From contig JBQTHB010000006.1 in assembly GCA_052390235.1 (NCBI GenBank), forward strand, positions 256,001 through 320,000: 64,000 bases of DNA. Reading direction: 5' to 3'. Below, piece after piece: positions 28,753-36,864 of the stretch (the stretch's first letter is position 1; every line of letters starts with the position of its first letter). Both the position numbers and the translations under genes were made by a program. The DNA comes from Deltaproteobacteria bacterium. Lineage in GTDB: Bacteria; Desulfobacterota_D; UBA1144; Nemesobacterales; CSP1-2. The notes under the pieces are model-generated. The model was not told the origin of the DNA, searched no databases, and was given only the letters and a program-made list of their open reading frames with translations.

Positions 28753-29958
28753 TTATGGCAATGTGTTTAAAAACTCATACAGGTATGAGTAACTCGGGTT
28801 TTTAGATGAATTTCCTTTTGTCTTTTTGTCCATATCCATGAATTGAAGCGTTTCGCCTTCACTTAAGAATCTAGCTCTCATTATGTGTACAAAAGGAATA
28901 AAATCTTTACCGCATTGGAATATCTTAATGTGCAAAGGGGATGCTCTTCTGTCATGCTCCTGACCGGTTATCATGACTTTTTTCCCCATAGACTGAAACT
29001 GAAATTGGTGAGGAAGTCCGAAAATAGAGCCTTTCGGAGCATTCAAACCTGTACTCTTATCTGAAGTCAAAAATTTCTTTACGTCGTCATAATCTTTTGT
29101 AACATAATAAGAAAATGAAGATCGTTTAAATTCGCCTTTTTCTTTATCCTCTCGAAAATTGCGTAGATGTTCTCCAATCCAATTTAAGGCTTCAGTAGAC
29201 TGTGGCTTGGTCTGATTAACCACTACGTAAGGCCAAAAGTCTTGGAATTTAGGAAATATCATTGAGAATGGGGGTTCTTCCTTTGGTTGAGAGACATTAA
29301 TGCCAACAAACTTAGAAAAATGCTCTAAAATAGCCCCCGGTTCTGATTGAATATACTCCTTCAATTCCTTAGCATTGGAACAGTTTTTGAAATTAGTCTC
29401 ATATTCCGTCATATTCTCAGCTACTTTTAGCCCGCCAAATCCCTTCCTAGAGCGAGACCCCAAGTTACCTAGATTGATTAATAGCCAAAAAGACTGGACA
29501 ATCAGCTTCTTTTCATCTTCAGTTGCTCTCCTGAAAACGAGATCAACTCTGAATTTGGTCCCTTGCGGTATGTATCTTCTCTCCCTTCCTTTCTCGCCTA
29601 GTCCATACCCCAAGTATCTCAAGCCTTTCTCTTTCTGGTTAGGTCTAAAATCCTTACTATCTCTATCAGAGTTAAACCGACTTGAGACTAATACAGTAAC
29701 CTTACTGCTCGCTTCCGTAGTTCCCCATATTTCCGCCTCCTTCTCAGCTAGTTTTTTAATAAGTTCTTCATCCTTCTCAGCTAGTTTTTTAATAAGTTCT
29801 TCATCCTTATATTTGGAGAATAAAACACCCCCCATCATCGCCCTGAACCAAAACCTCATCGCCCCGCGGATGGAAGGGGGGCGCAGTTCCGGCTTGCCGT
29901 CTGCATCTCCCAGAAAAAGCGGGGTTACTACTTCGAGTTCAAAAGAGGCTTTGTTCAT
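28753..29958 (-). CDS. cmr1: Type III-B RAMP Cmr1
   Basis: VVTPLFLG, ELRPPSIRGAMRFWFRA, GNLGSRSRKGFG, FGLP, RRASPL. Confidence 0.93.
   Translation of the reverse strand: MNKASFELEVVTPLFLGDADGKPELRPPSIRGAMRFWFRAMMGGVLFSKYKDEELIKKLAEKDEELIKKLAEKEAEIWGTTEASSKVTVLVSSRFNSDRDSKDFRPNQKEKGLRYLGYGLGEKGRERRYIPQGTKFRVDLVFRRATEDEKKLIVQSFWLLINLGNLGSRSRKGFGGLKVAENMTEYETNFKNCSNAKELKEYIQSEPGAILEHFSKFVGINVSQPKEEPPFSMIFPKFQDFWPYVVVNQTKPQSTEALNWIGEHLRNFREDKEKGEFKRSSFSYYVTKDYDDVKKFLTSDKSTGLNAPKGSIFGLPHQFQFQSMGKKVMITGQEHDRRASPLHIKIFQCGKDFIPFVHIMRARFLSEGETLQFMDMDKKTKGNSSKNPSYSYLYEFLNTLP
29738..29803. repeat. Perfect in-frame 33-bp tandem duplication inside cmr1
   Basis: TCCTTCTCAGCTAGTTTTTTAATAAGTTCTTCA twice, giving KDEELIKKLAE twice. 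Confidence 0.92.
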
Positions 29959-30075
29959 TCACCTTCTCCCCTAATCTATATCTTCGGTTTCCGTCTTTTT
30001 TCTCTTATCCTAGCGCGCAAGAGCCTGCGAATAGCTTATGAGTCTATGCCAATTTTCAACGTATCGCATCAAAGG

Positions 30076-30096
30076 GCAACATTTCGGCAATATTGC
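30076..30096. promoter_or_regulatory. 21-bp imperfect palindrome upstream of cmr1, right copy of the inverted repeat
   Basis: GCAACATTTCGGCAATATTGC. Confidence 0.7.
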
Positions 30097-30205
30097 CCGC
30101 GAGCGCAATTACCAATACCCGGTGTTTTCAGATATTGATGAATTTAATTTGAAATGTAAAGTGGTTTTGTGGGGAGAGCTAAAAATCAGGGAGAGGGGAT
30201 TTTTA

Positions 30206-30245
30206 TGTAGTGTAGTGTAGTGTAGTGTAGTGTAGTGTAGTGTAG
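30206..30245. repeat. Pentanucleotide microsatellite (TGTAG)8
   Basis: Eight perfect units between the sigma-factor stop and cmr1. Confidence 0.95.
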
Positions 30246-30319
30246 CGCAAAAATTCAGTCTTTAGAGGCGGTTAGGGAATAGCGCTGTTGCGGCGAGGTG
30301 GGGAAGAGGCAGGAGATAC

Positions 30320-31516
30320 TCACCTCTGCAGAAAGCTCTTTAGCACCTGTTCCATGTTGGACGTCGCGAGCTTTTCAAGAGCGGATTTTTCAATCTGCCT
30401 TATGCGCTCGCGGGTGAGGTTAAACCGCCTGCCTATCTCATCTAGGGTGTAGGTGGTCTCTTTATCAATCCCAAATCTGAGCCTGAGGATTTCCTCCTCC
30501 CTCTCCGTAAGAAGCGATAGCGCCTCTCTTAGCTTCGCCGTAAGCCCCGACTTTGCCATTATCAAATCCGGCGATGGGGAGTCCTCGTCGGGGATGAAAT
30601 CGAGCAGAGTCGTCTTCTCGCCGTCCATTATGGGGGAGTCAAGGCGGACGGCGTCGTTCGTAGCCTTGAGGATGCGTTTAGTAACCTCGACCGATAGCCC
30701 GGACTTTACCGCAATCTCCTCGGGCGTGGGTTTTCTGCCGAATTCCTTCTGGAGACCCGCGCTGACTTTATAGACCTTGCTCGCCTGCTCAAGCAGATAC
30801 ACGGGAACTTTTATCGTTCTAGTCTGCTCTTGAATCGAGCGCATCACGGCTTGATGAATCCACCACGAGGCGTAGGTTGAGAATTTATACCCCTTCGTGT
30901 GGTCAAATCGCTCTACCGCTCTCATGAGTCCTAGATTGCCCTCTTGGATGAGGTCTGAGAGGGGAAGCCCGCGATTTATGTAGCGGTTTGCGATACTTAC
31001 GACGAGCCTTAAATTGGCTTTGGCGAATCGCTCCTTGAGTTCTTTTGCGCGGTCGGAGCAGACTTTAAGGAGGATTTCTTTGCGTTTGAGATGCTCGGCG
31101 AGGTTCGCGTTTTTAAACCTGCGAGGGATTTCGGCGCTTTGGTATTCGTCGAGAGCGGTTTTTATTCTTCTGGCCTGCTCTTCGCATTTTTTTATTTTGG
31201 CGGAGACCTCAATCTCCTGCCTCGCTGTGAAAAGAGGCTCTCCGGCCATGTCCCTAAAGTAGGTGTAGAGAAGTCTAAACTGCTCGTCGGGAGCGCCGTC
31301 GTCGGCCGCTTTTTCCTCGGCGGCGTCTTCTTCGGCGTCGCTCTCTTTGGACTCGAATTCATTGAAATCAAAGTCGAATTCCGGGTCGTCCAGAGGCTCC
31401 AGGGCGAGGTTATCGGACACTTCGATGGAGGCAAACCCCTCGTCGTCTTCCCGTATAAACCCCTCCAGTTCGGACTCCGAACCCGGCTTATGAAACTCCT
31501 TATACTTCATTTCCAT
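30320..31516 (-). CDS. Sigma-70 family RNA polymerase sigma factor (RpoD/RpoS-like paralog)
   Basis: ANLRLVVSIA, DLIQEGNLGL, GYKFSTYASWWI, TRERIRQIE; acidic N-terminus. Confidence 0.92.
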   Translation of the reverse strand: MEMKYKEFHKPGSESELEGFIREDDEGFASIEVSDNLALEPLDDPEFDFDFNEFESKESDAEEDAAEEKAADDGAPDEQFRLLYTYFRDMAGEPLFTARQEIEVSAKIKKCEEQARRIKTALDEYQSAEIPRRFKNANLAEHLKRKEILLKVCSDRAKELKERFAKANLRLVVSIANRYINRGLPLSDLIQEGNLGLMRAVERFDHTKGYKFSTYASWWIHQAVMRSIQEQTRTIKVPVYLLEQASKVYKVSAGLQKEFGRKPTPEEIAVKSGLSVEVTKRILKATNDAVRLDSPIMDGEKTTLLDFIPDEDSPSPDLIMAKSGLTAKLREALSLLTEREEEILRLRFGIDKETTYTLDEIGRRFNLTRERIRQIEKSALEKLATSNMEQVLKSFLQR

Positions 31517-31831
31517 ATAATTTCTGCCTTTAAAAAAATCCTCTCGTTAATTCAGAGTTGCAAAAGGAATTAAAGATGCGCCTGAGAAATATTGAATAGG
31601 GAGGGAATAAAACGCCGCCGCCAGATTTTCTTCGCCCCTCTAATCACCGCTGTATAATATATCTCCTTCGAGGGATGATTTCAAGACGAGGCAGACTGCC
31701 CAACGCCTCGCGCTGGGGACGAGAGCTGGATTTTAGCAGATCAGCCAGGGTAGGAGCGCTGTAAGGAAACAGGGGAGCGCGCCTTTGGATTGCCCAAGCA
31801 ACGCCCCTCCGCAGTCCGTAGCGCGAGGAAT

Positions 31832-32602
31832 TTACCTCGCCGACGCGTAGTTCTTTGCGACATGGTCCCAGTTGACCACATTCCACCAAGCGGCAATGTA
31901 GTCGGGCCTGCGGTTTTGATAATTGAGATAATAGGCGTGTTCCCACACATCTAGTCCGAGAATCGGCTTCATCCCCTCAGAAACCGGGTTGTCCTGGTTC
32001 GCCATGGATGTAATTACGAGCTTTCCGCCCTTGTCAATCGAAAGCCACGCCCAGCCGCTCCCAAAACGCCCTGTAGCCGCCTTGGCGAACTGCTCTTTAA
32101 ACGAGGCGAAACTCCCGAATGTGGAATTTATATCGCCTGCGAGGTCGCCCTTGGGTTCTCCTCCCGCGCCGGGGGACATCATGAGCCAAAACGCGCTGTG
32201 GTTGGCATGTCCCCCGCCGTTGTTGCGAACGGCTGTGCGGATGTCCTCTGGGATTGAGTTGAGGTCCTTGATTAAATCCTCAATGGGCTTTCCCTGAAGG
32301 CTCGGGTGCTTTTCCAGCGCGGCGTTTAGGTTATTGACGTATGTCTGGTGGTGCTTTGAGTGGTGAATCTCCATTGTGCGCGCGTCAATATTGGGTTCGA
32401 GCGCGTTGTAGGCGTAAGGCAGTTTCGGCAATTCGTAGGGCATTTTAGCTCCTCCTTCTTTTTCTGAATTTTCTTTTTTATCGCAATTCGAGGCTTTAGA
32501 GTCAATCCCCGCAAGCCAGAGAACGGGGACAGAATAGACCCCAATCTTAAGGAGCTTTCTTCTCTTTTCATCCACCGCATGGGGGTCTGGTTTTTTGGTC
32601 AT
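31832..32602 (-). CDS. sodA: Mn superoxide dismutase with N-terminal Tat-like extension; second start at 32443
   Basis: [29 protein letters not shown]-terminal KRRKLLK. Confidence 0.93.
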   Translation of the reverse strand: MTKKPDPHAVDEKRRKLLKIGVYSVPVLWLAGIDSKASNCDKKENSEKEGGAKMPYELPKLPYAYNALEPNIDARTMEIHHSKHHQTYVNNLNAALEKHPSLQGKPIEDLIKDLNSIPEDIRTAVRNNGGGHANHSAFWLMMSPGAGGEPKGDLAGDINSTFGSFASFKEQFAKAATGRFGSGWAWLSIDKGGKLVITSMANQDNPVSEGMKPILGLDVWEHAYYLNYQNRRPDYIAAWWNVVNWDHVAKNYASAR

Positions 32603-32609
32603 GTTTCAT

Positions 32610-32638
32610 ATTATAACTTTGGGCGTATTTAGTGTCAA
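32610..32638 (-). promoter_or_regulatory. Consensus sigma70 promoter of sodA
   Basis: TTGACA-17 nt-TATAAT on the minus strand, ending 7 nt before ATG 32602. Confidence 0.85.
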
Positions 32639-32653
32639 AAGCAATCTCCGACT

Positions 32654-32682
32654 TTGACAAAGAGGCGGCGCGTAATTAGAAT
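32654..32682 (+). promoter_or_regulatory. Sigma70 promoter of the ABC ATPase gene
   Basis: TTGACA-17 nt-TAGAAT. Confidence 0.75.
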
Positions 32683-32725
32683 CCACATCGGCTGGGCAAT
32701 CCATCGCGCTTATCGGTGAACTGAA

Positions 32726-33478
32726 TTGGCAGAAGACTACATTATTGAGCTAGATGAGGTTCATAAATCCTTCAAATCAAAGCACGTCCACAGGGGCGTA
32801 ACCCTCTCCATCCGAAGAGGCGAGAACATCAGCATCCTAGGCGGAAGCGGCTCAGGCAAAAGCGTTCTGCTCAAGGAAATCACAGGACTCGTCAAACCAG
32901 ATAAGGGGAAAATCCTCATCGAGGGCGAAAACGTCGCCGAGATTGACGACGAGAACGAACTCAGGCACATCAGGAAAAAAATCGGGATGCTCTTTCAAGG
33001 CGCCGCCCTTTTCGATTCAATGACCGTTGCCGAGAACATCGCTTACCCGCTGAGGGAGCATTTTAAATACTCCGAAGCCGAGATTAAAGACATGGTAGCC
33101 ACGAACCTTGAGCTTATCGGGCTTCCGGGAATACAGGATAAAGTCCCTTCGGATTTGAGCGGAGGAATGAAAAAAAGGGTCGGGCTTGCAAGGGCAATGG
33201 CTATGAACCCGAAAATTCTCCTCTACGACGAGCCTACTACGGGGCTTGACCCGCCAAACATCAGCCGAATTAATCATCTGATAAGAGATATGCAGAAGCG
33301 CTTCGGCATCACGGGAGTTATTATCACCCACGACATCGTAACCAGCGCATTCGAGATTTCAGACCGCGTGGCATTCCTGCACGATGGGAGGATTATATTC
33401 GTGGGAACTGTGGGAGAGGCAAAACAAAGCGGGATTGAGACTCTGGATGATTTTATTCACGGAAGGCTTGCGGACTAA
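32726..33478 (+). CDS. MlaF/Ttg2A-like ABC ATP-binding protein
   Basis: GGSGSGKSV, LFQGAALFDSMTV, LSGGMKKRVGLARA, YDEPTTGLDP. Confidence 0.88.
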   Translation: MAEDYIIELDEVHKSFKSKHVHRGVTLSIRRGENISILGGSGSGKSVLLKEITGLVKPDKGKILIEGENVAEIDDENELRHIRKKIGMLFQGAALFDSMTVAENIAYPLREHFKYSEAEIKDMVATNLELIGLPGIQDKVPSDLSGGMKKRVGLARAMAMNPKILLYDEPTTGLDPPNISRINHLIRDMQKRFGITGVIITHDIVTSAFEISDRVAFLHDGRIIFVGTVGEAKQSGIETLDDFIHGRLAD

Positions 33479-33508
33479 CGGGCCGCAGGGGAAAACCGAG
33501 ACTACTAA

Positions 33509-33563
33509 GATGAGGAAAAGCCTGTAGCTTGCGCAAACAGGCAAGACAGCAGGCTTTTCTCAT
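33509..33563. terminator. Long hairpin between convergent genes
   Basis: ATGAGGAAAAGCCTG...CAGGCTTTTCTCAT. Confidence 0.7.
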
Positions 33564-33571
33564 GCGCTAGA

Positions 33572-33673
33572 TTACTTCTTGCCCCCTTTCTTAGCCGGAG
33601 CAGGAGCCGACTTCTTAGCCGGCGCCTCTTTCTTGGCCGGCGCGTCTTTCTTCGGCGGTTTCTTATCGCCCAT
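33572..33673 (-). CDS. 33-aa Lys/Pro/Ala-rich microprotein (histone H1-tail-like PAKK repeats)
   Basis: MGDKKPPKKDAPAKKEAPAKKSAPAPAKKGGKK; strong RBS AGAGGAGGTGA; downstream hairpin. Confidence 0.75.
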   Translation of the reverse strand: MGDKKPPKKDAPAKKEAPAKKSAPAPAKKGGKK

Positions 33674-34250
33674 TAGGTTTTCACCTCCTCTTTAAGGGTT
33701 GTTTAAACGAAAATCCCCCGCTTCCTATAAAGAAAACGAGGGCCGAATTTTGCTTCGCGGCAGTTTTTTGTCATGCGCCTAACTTGATGTAAAAATCTAA
33801 TGTTTTTTGAAAATTTTGTCAAGGGATTTTTATACAGAATCTTGTTGACGCTAATTGATGAAGCACTAGATGTAGTAACAGTTAAGGGATTTATAACAAT
33901 TCAATATTGTCTCATCCAGCTAGCGTCCCCGGGCAATATTTTCTCGCGCACTCACCGGCGCAGAGCGCGGTTGCAAGCGGCAATCTCTCCTAACGGTGAA
34001 ACGCTCAATCAATAAAGTGAATTCAACGGATTCAGAGGCGTATTGCCAGATGAAAACAGGGCAAAAATACCATAAACCCTCTGGTACATTTGCCCGATTC
34101 CCAAATCATGAAACCAGCAGAGTTTCCATATCACGCTGATAATATTGAATAATTCACCATGAGCGGTCTGCGGCACGGCACTTGCGAAATATGCTACTAA
34201 ATACGAAAAATCCCCGGCTACTTAACGCCAGGCAAAGAGGAGAGCGCGTC

Positions 34251-34823
34251 ATGCCAGAGAATCAGGGCAAACAAAAGTCAATGAATTGGTGGCAGTGGCT
34301 ATTGATTTATCCAACCCTTCTGGTTTCCATTGTTGGCTCAGTCCCCACTATTCTTGAATACTATAATTCCAAGAAAAAGGGACTGGACTTCGGGTTGTCA
34401 TCCATCGCAGAGAGACAAAACGAAATGTGGGAGAAAAATTCCTCATGTTCCATGGCGCCGTATAAGTGGTACAAAAACAATTTCAACCTCAGCGTGGATG
34501 GCACTATATGCAAATCCGGCGACATATTTATAAGAGTGGAAAGGCCAGACAATAGAACCAAATATCTCTGGATTCCGGTAGATGGATTCATTACTAAATC
34601 CACAAAAAGTCCATTTGTTTCAAATGCTTATGCGGCAACCCCAGACTCCGGCGGCATTGTCTTGGCTCAATACGGCGTCGAGGTGCTGTGTCAGAGGCAT
34701 ATTGGCGACGGCAGGCTTCTGAGGCGAATCAAAACGCCCGATGGCTGTTTTGACGAAGTGGTAAACACTTATAGCGGAGAAGCGCTGAGCCGCACCGCCT
34801 CATCCTGCGACGCGGCGTGCTGA
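34251..34823 (+). CDS. Hypothetical membrane-anchored Cys-containing protein
   Basis: AGAGGAG RBS, one N-terminal transmembrane segment, six Cys. Confidence 0.7.
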   Translation: MPENQGKQKSMNWWQWLLIYPTLLVSIVGSVPTILEYYNSKKKGLDFGLSSIAERQNEMWEKNSSCSMAPYKWYKNNFNLSVDGTICKSGDIFIRVERPDNRTKYLWIPVDGFITKSTKSPFVSNAYAATPDSGGIVLAQYGVEVLCQRHIGDGRLLRRIKTPDGCFDEVVNTYSGEALSRTASSCDAAC

Positions 34824-34863
34824 AGCGCAGATTCGTATTAATTATTCGGGGGGGGAGAGAGAA

Positions 34864-35112
34864 ATGCGCCTTAGATGTTTCATTTACAGTATGATTTTTT
34901 CACTATCAGCGGTTATCCCAATTCAATACGGGAATGCGCAGCCGCTCCCTACGGCAACTCCCGCAGCTGCCCGGCCCAATCCGGGCGACTCAAACAATAA
35001 CGAGGAGGATTCATTTAGAAAAATCCCGACGGAAGAAGAAAAACGTCAACCAAGCAAAGACCATAAGCCATCAGGGCATTCTGGAGACAATGGCGAGCAA
35101 GCCCCTATTTAA
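34864..35112 (+). CDS. Small secreted low-complexity hypothetical protein
   Basis: GGAGAG RBS, signal peptide ending GNA, polar Pro-rich tail. Confidence 0.5.
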   Translation: MRLRCFIYSMIFSLSAVIPIQYGNAQPLPTATPAAARPNPGDSNNNEEDSFRKIPTEEEKRQPSKDHKPSGHSGDNGEQAPI

Positions 35113-35426
35113 TACTCCTCGATTAAAACATATAGATCATCGCCCTCGACCCTGACCTCAAACGTCTCAATCCCCTCCACAGCCGGAAGCGACAGCGCGC
35201 CGCCCGTCTTGAGGCAGAACTTCGCCCCGTGGTAGAGGCAGGTTATGGTCTCCCCCTCAAGCTCGCCGTCCGAGAGCGGATAGTCCATGTGCGAGCATTC
35301 ATCCCTGACGGCATAGAACACCCCGCCCGCGTTGCAGACCGCAATTATCTCGCCCTCGGCTACAAAGGATTTCACACCTCCAAGTGGAATTTCCGCCGCC
35401 TTTGCCACTTTTACAAATCGAGACAT
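35109..35426 (-). CDS. Rieske-type [2Fe-2S] ferredoxin (suf-associated)
   Basis: CSH...CLYHG. Confidence 0.9.
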   Translation of the reverse strand: MSRFVKVAKAAEIPLGGVKSFVAEGEIIAVCNAGGVFYAVRDECSHMDYPLSDGELEGETITCLYHGAKFCLKTGGALSLPAVEGIETFEVRVEGDDLYVLIEEY

Positions 35427-35500
35427 TTAAACCAGACCCCTCGCAACTAGACTCTAGCTCGGCGAATTAAGTTATCCCTCGCAGATGGCAAAAAGAGACA

Positions 35501-36850
35501 TCAGCCGGATTTGGCAATGAGGTTTCCCGCCACAAACCAGTCGGACACTAGGGCATCAACATATCCCCTAGCAGGCTCGGATTTAATGCGGCTTACGACC
35601 TCGCCCGTAAACGCGTGGAGGAGAAGCGCGCGGGCGTCATTTAGGCTAAGCGCCCTTGAGCGTAGATAGAATAGGGCGTTCTCGTCGAGCTGTCCAATCG
35701 TCGCCCCGTGGGTGCATTTTACGTCGTCGGCGTAAATCTCAAGCTGGGGCTTAGTGTCAATCTTCGCCTCGTCCGAGAGCAGGAGGTTTCTATTGGTCTG
35801 CTTGGCGTCGGTTTTTTGCGCGTCCTTATGAACTATGATGCGCCCGTGGAATACGCCGCGCGACCTGCCGTTGAGAACGCCTTTATACAGCTGGCGGCTG
35901 TCGCAGCGCGGGCTTTTATGCTCGACTTTCATGTAATTGTCCATGTGCTGGCGGCCGCTCGGCATGAAAAGCCCGTTTATATAGCACTCCGCCCCCTCGC
36001 CCTCAAGCACGGGATGAATATTATTTCTCACAATAGAGCCGCCTAGTAGAACCGAGTTAGAGGTAAAACTGCTCGCCCTGCCCTGCTGAATCCTCAGCGT
36101 GGATACGTTATAAGCCCTCTTGCTCTCCCGCTCTATCATCAGATGAGAGACGACCGCGCCTGCCCCTACGACGACCTCGGTTACGGCGTTTGATAGATAG
36201 ACGCTCTCATCGAGGCTCGCATACTGCTCTACGACCACTGCCTCGGATCCATCCCCGGCTATGACGAGATTCCTCGGATTTGTCATCAGAGCCGAATCCG
36301 CCTGTCCGCGGCTCAGATAGAGCAGGTGTATCGGCTCTTCAAGCGCCGCCCCTTGGGGGATATAAATAAACCCTCCGTCCTCCATAAAGGCGGTATTGAG
36401 CGCGAGAAAAGCGTCCCGCTCGGCATCGGCGTATTTAGCCAGATGCGCTTGAATCAAATCCCTATCGCCGCCCGCGAGAGCCTCAGCCAAGCCCGAAATC
36501 CTAACCCCGCTAGGCAGAGAGCCGAGCGAGGAGAGCGCGGGAACAATGCGCCCGTTTAGAAACACGAGACGCGCCTCAACGTCTGAAATCGAGAATCTGC
36601 GGATGTCTCCGAGTGCAAGGTGATTATTCATACCTGAGTCAAGGGTGAACTCGGTTCTCGCCACGGGAGCGAGATTGGTAAAGCGCCAGTCCTCGTCCCG
36701 CACGGTAGGGAATCCGAGCTTCGAGAACCTGCCGATAGCCTCTTGGCGCGCCCCTCGAAGCCACGCAATATCGCCTCCGGGGGCGTTCTTTGTGAATTGC
36801 AAAAACCCTTCTACATAACTGTTCATATCCTGCATCTTAACGAGTTCCAT
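35501..36850 (-). CDS. sufD: Fe-S cluster assembly protein SufD
   Basis: EDWRFT, AQKTDAKQ, KPQLEIYADDVKCTHGATIG. Confidence 0.95.
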   Translation of the reverse strand: MELVKMQDMNSYVEGFLQFTKNAPGGDIAWLRGARQEAIGRFSKLGFPTVRDEDWRFTNLAPVARTEFTLDSGMNNHLALGDIRRFSISDVEARLVFLNGRIVPALSSLGSLPSGVRISGLAEALAGGDRDLIQAHLAKYADAERDAFLALNTAFMEDGGFIYIPQGAALEEPIHLLYLSRGQADSALMTNPRNLVIAGDGSEAVVVEQYASLDESVYLSNAVTEVVVGAGAVVSHLMIERESKRAYNVSTLRIQQGRASSFTSNSVLLGGSIVRNNIHPVLEGEGAECYINGLFMPSGRQHMDNYMKVEHKSPRCDSRQLYKGVLNGRSRGVFHGRIIVHKDAQKTDAKQTNRNLLLSDEAKIDTKPQLEIYADDVKCTHGATIGQLDENALFYLRSRALSLNDARALLLHAFTGEVVSRIKSEPARGYVDALVSDWFVAGNLIAKSG

Positions 36851-36864
36851 CGCAACCCTCCCCC

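Noticed and set aside
19140..30110. Calling the cmr block a transposon
   Set aside because: The inverted repeat is real, but there is no target-site duplication, transposase or integrase; kept only as an alternative hypothesis.
30124..30155. GTTTTCAGAT...TTGAAAT resembling a lone CRISPR repeat
   Set aside because: Single copy in AT-rich DNA, with similarity only at the ends; unsupported without the genome's actual repeat.
33931..33943. GGCAATATTTTC as a third copy of the 21-bp motif
   Set aside because: Half-site only, plausible by chance in AT-rich DNA.
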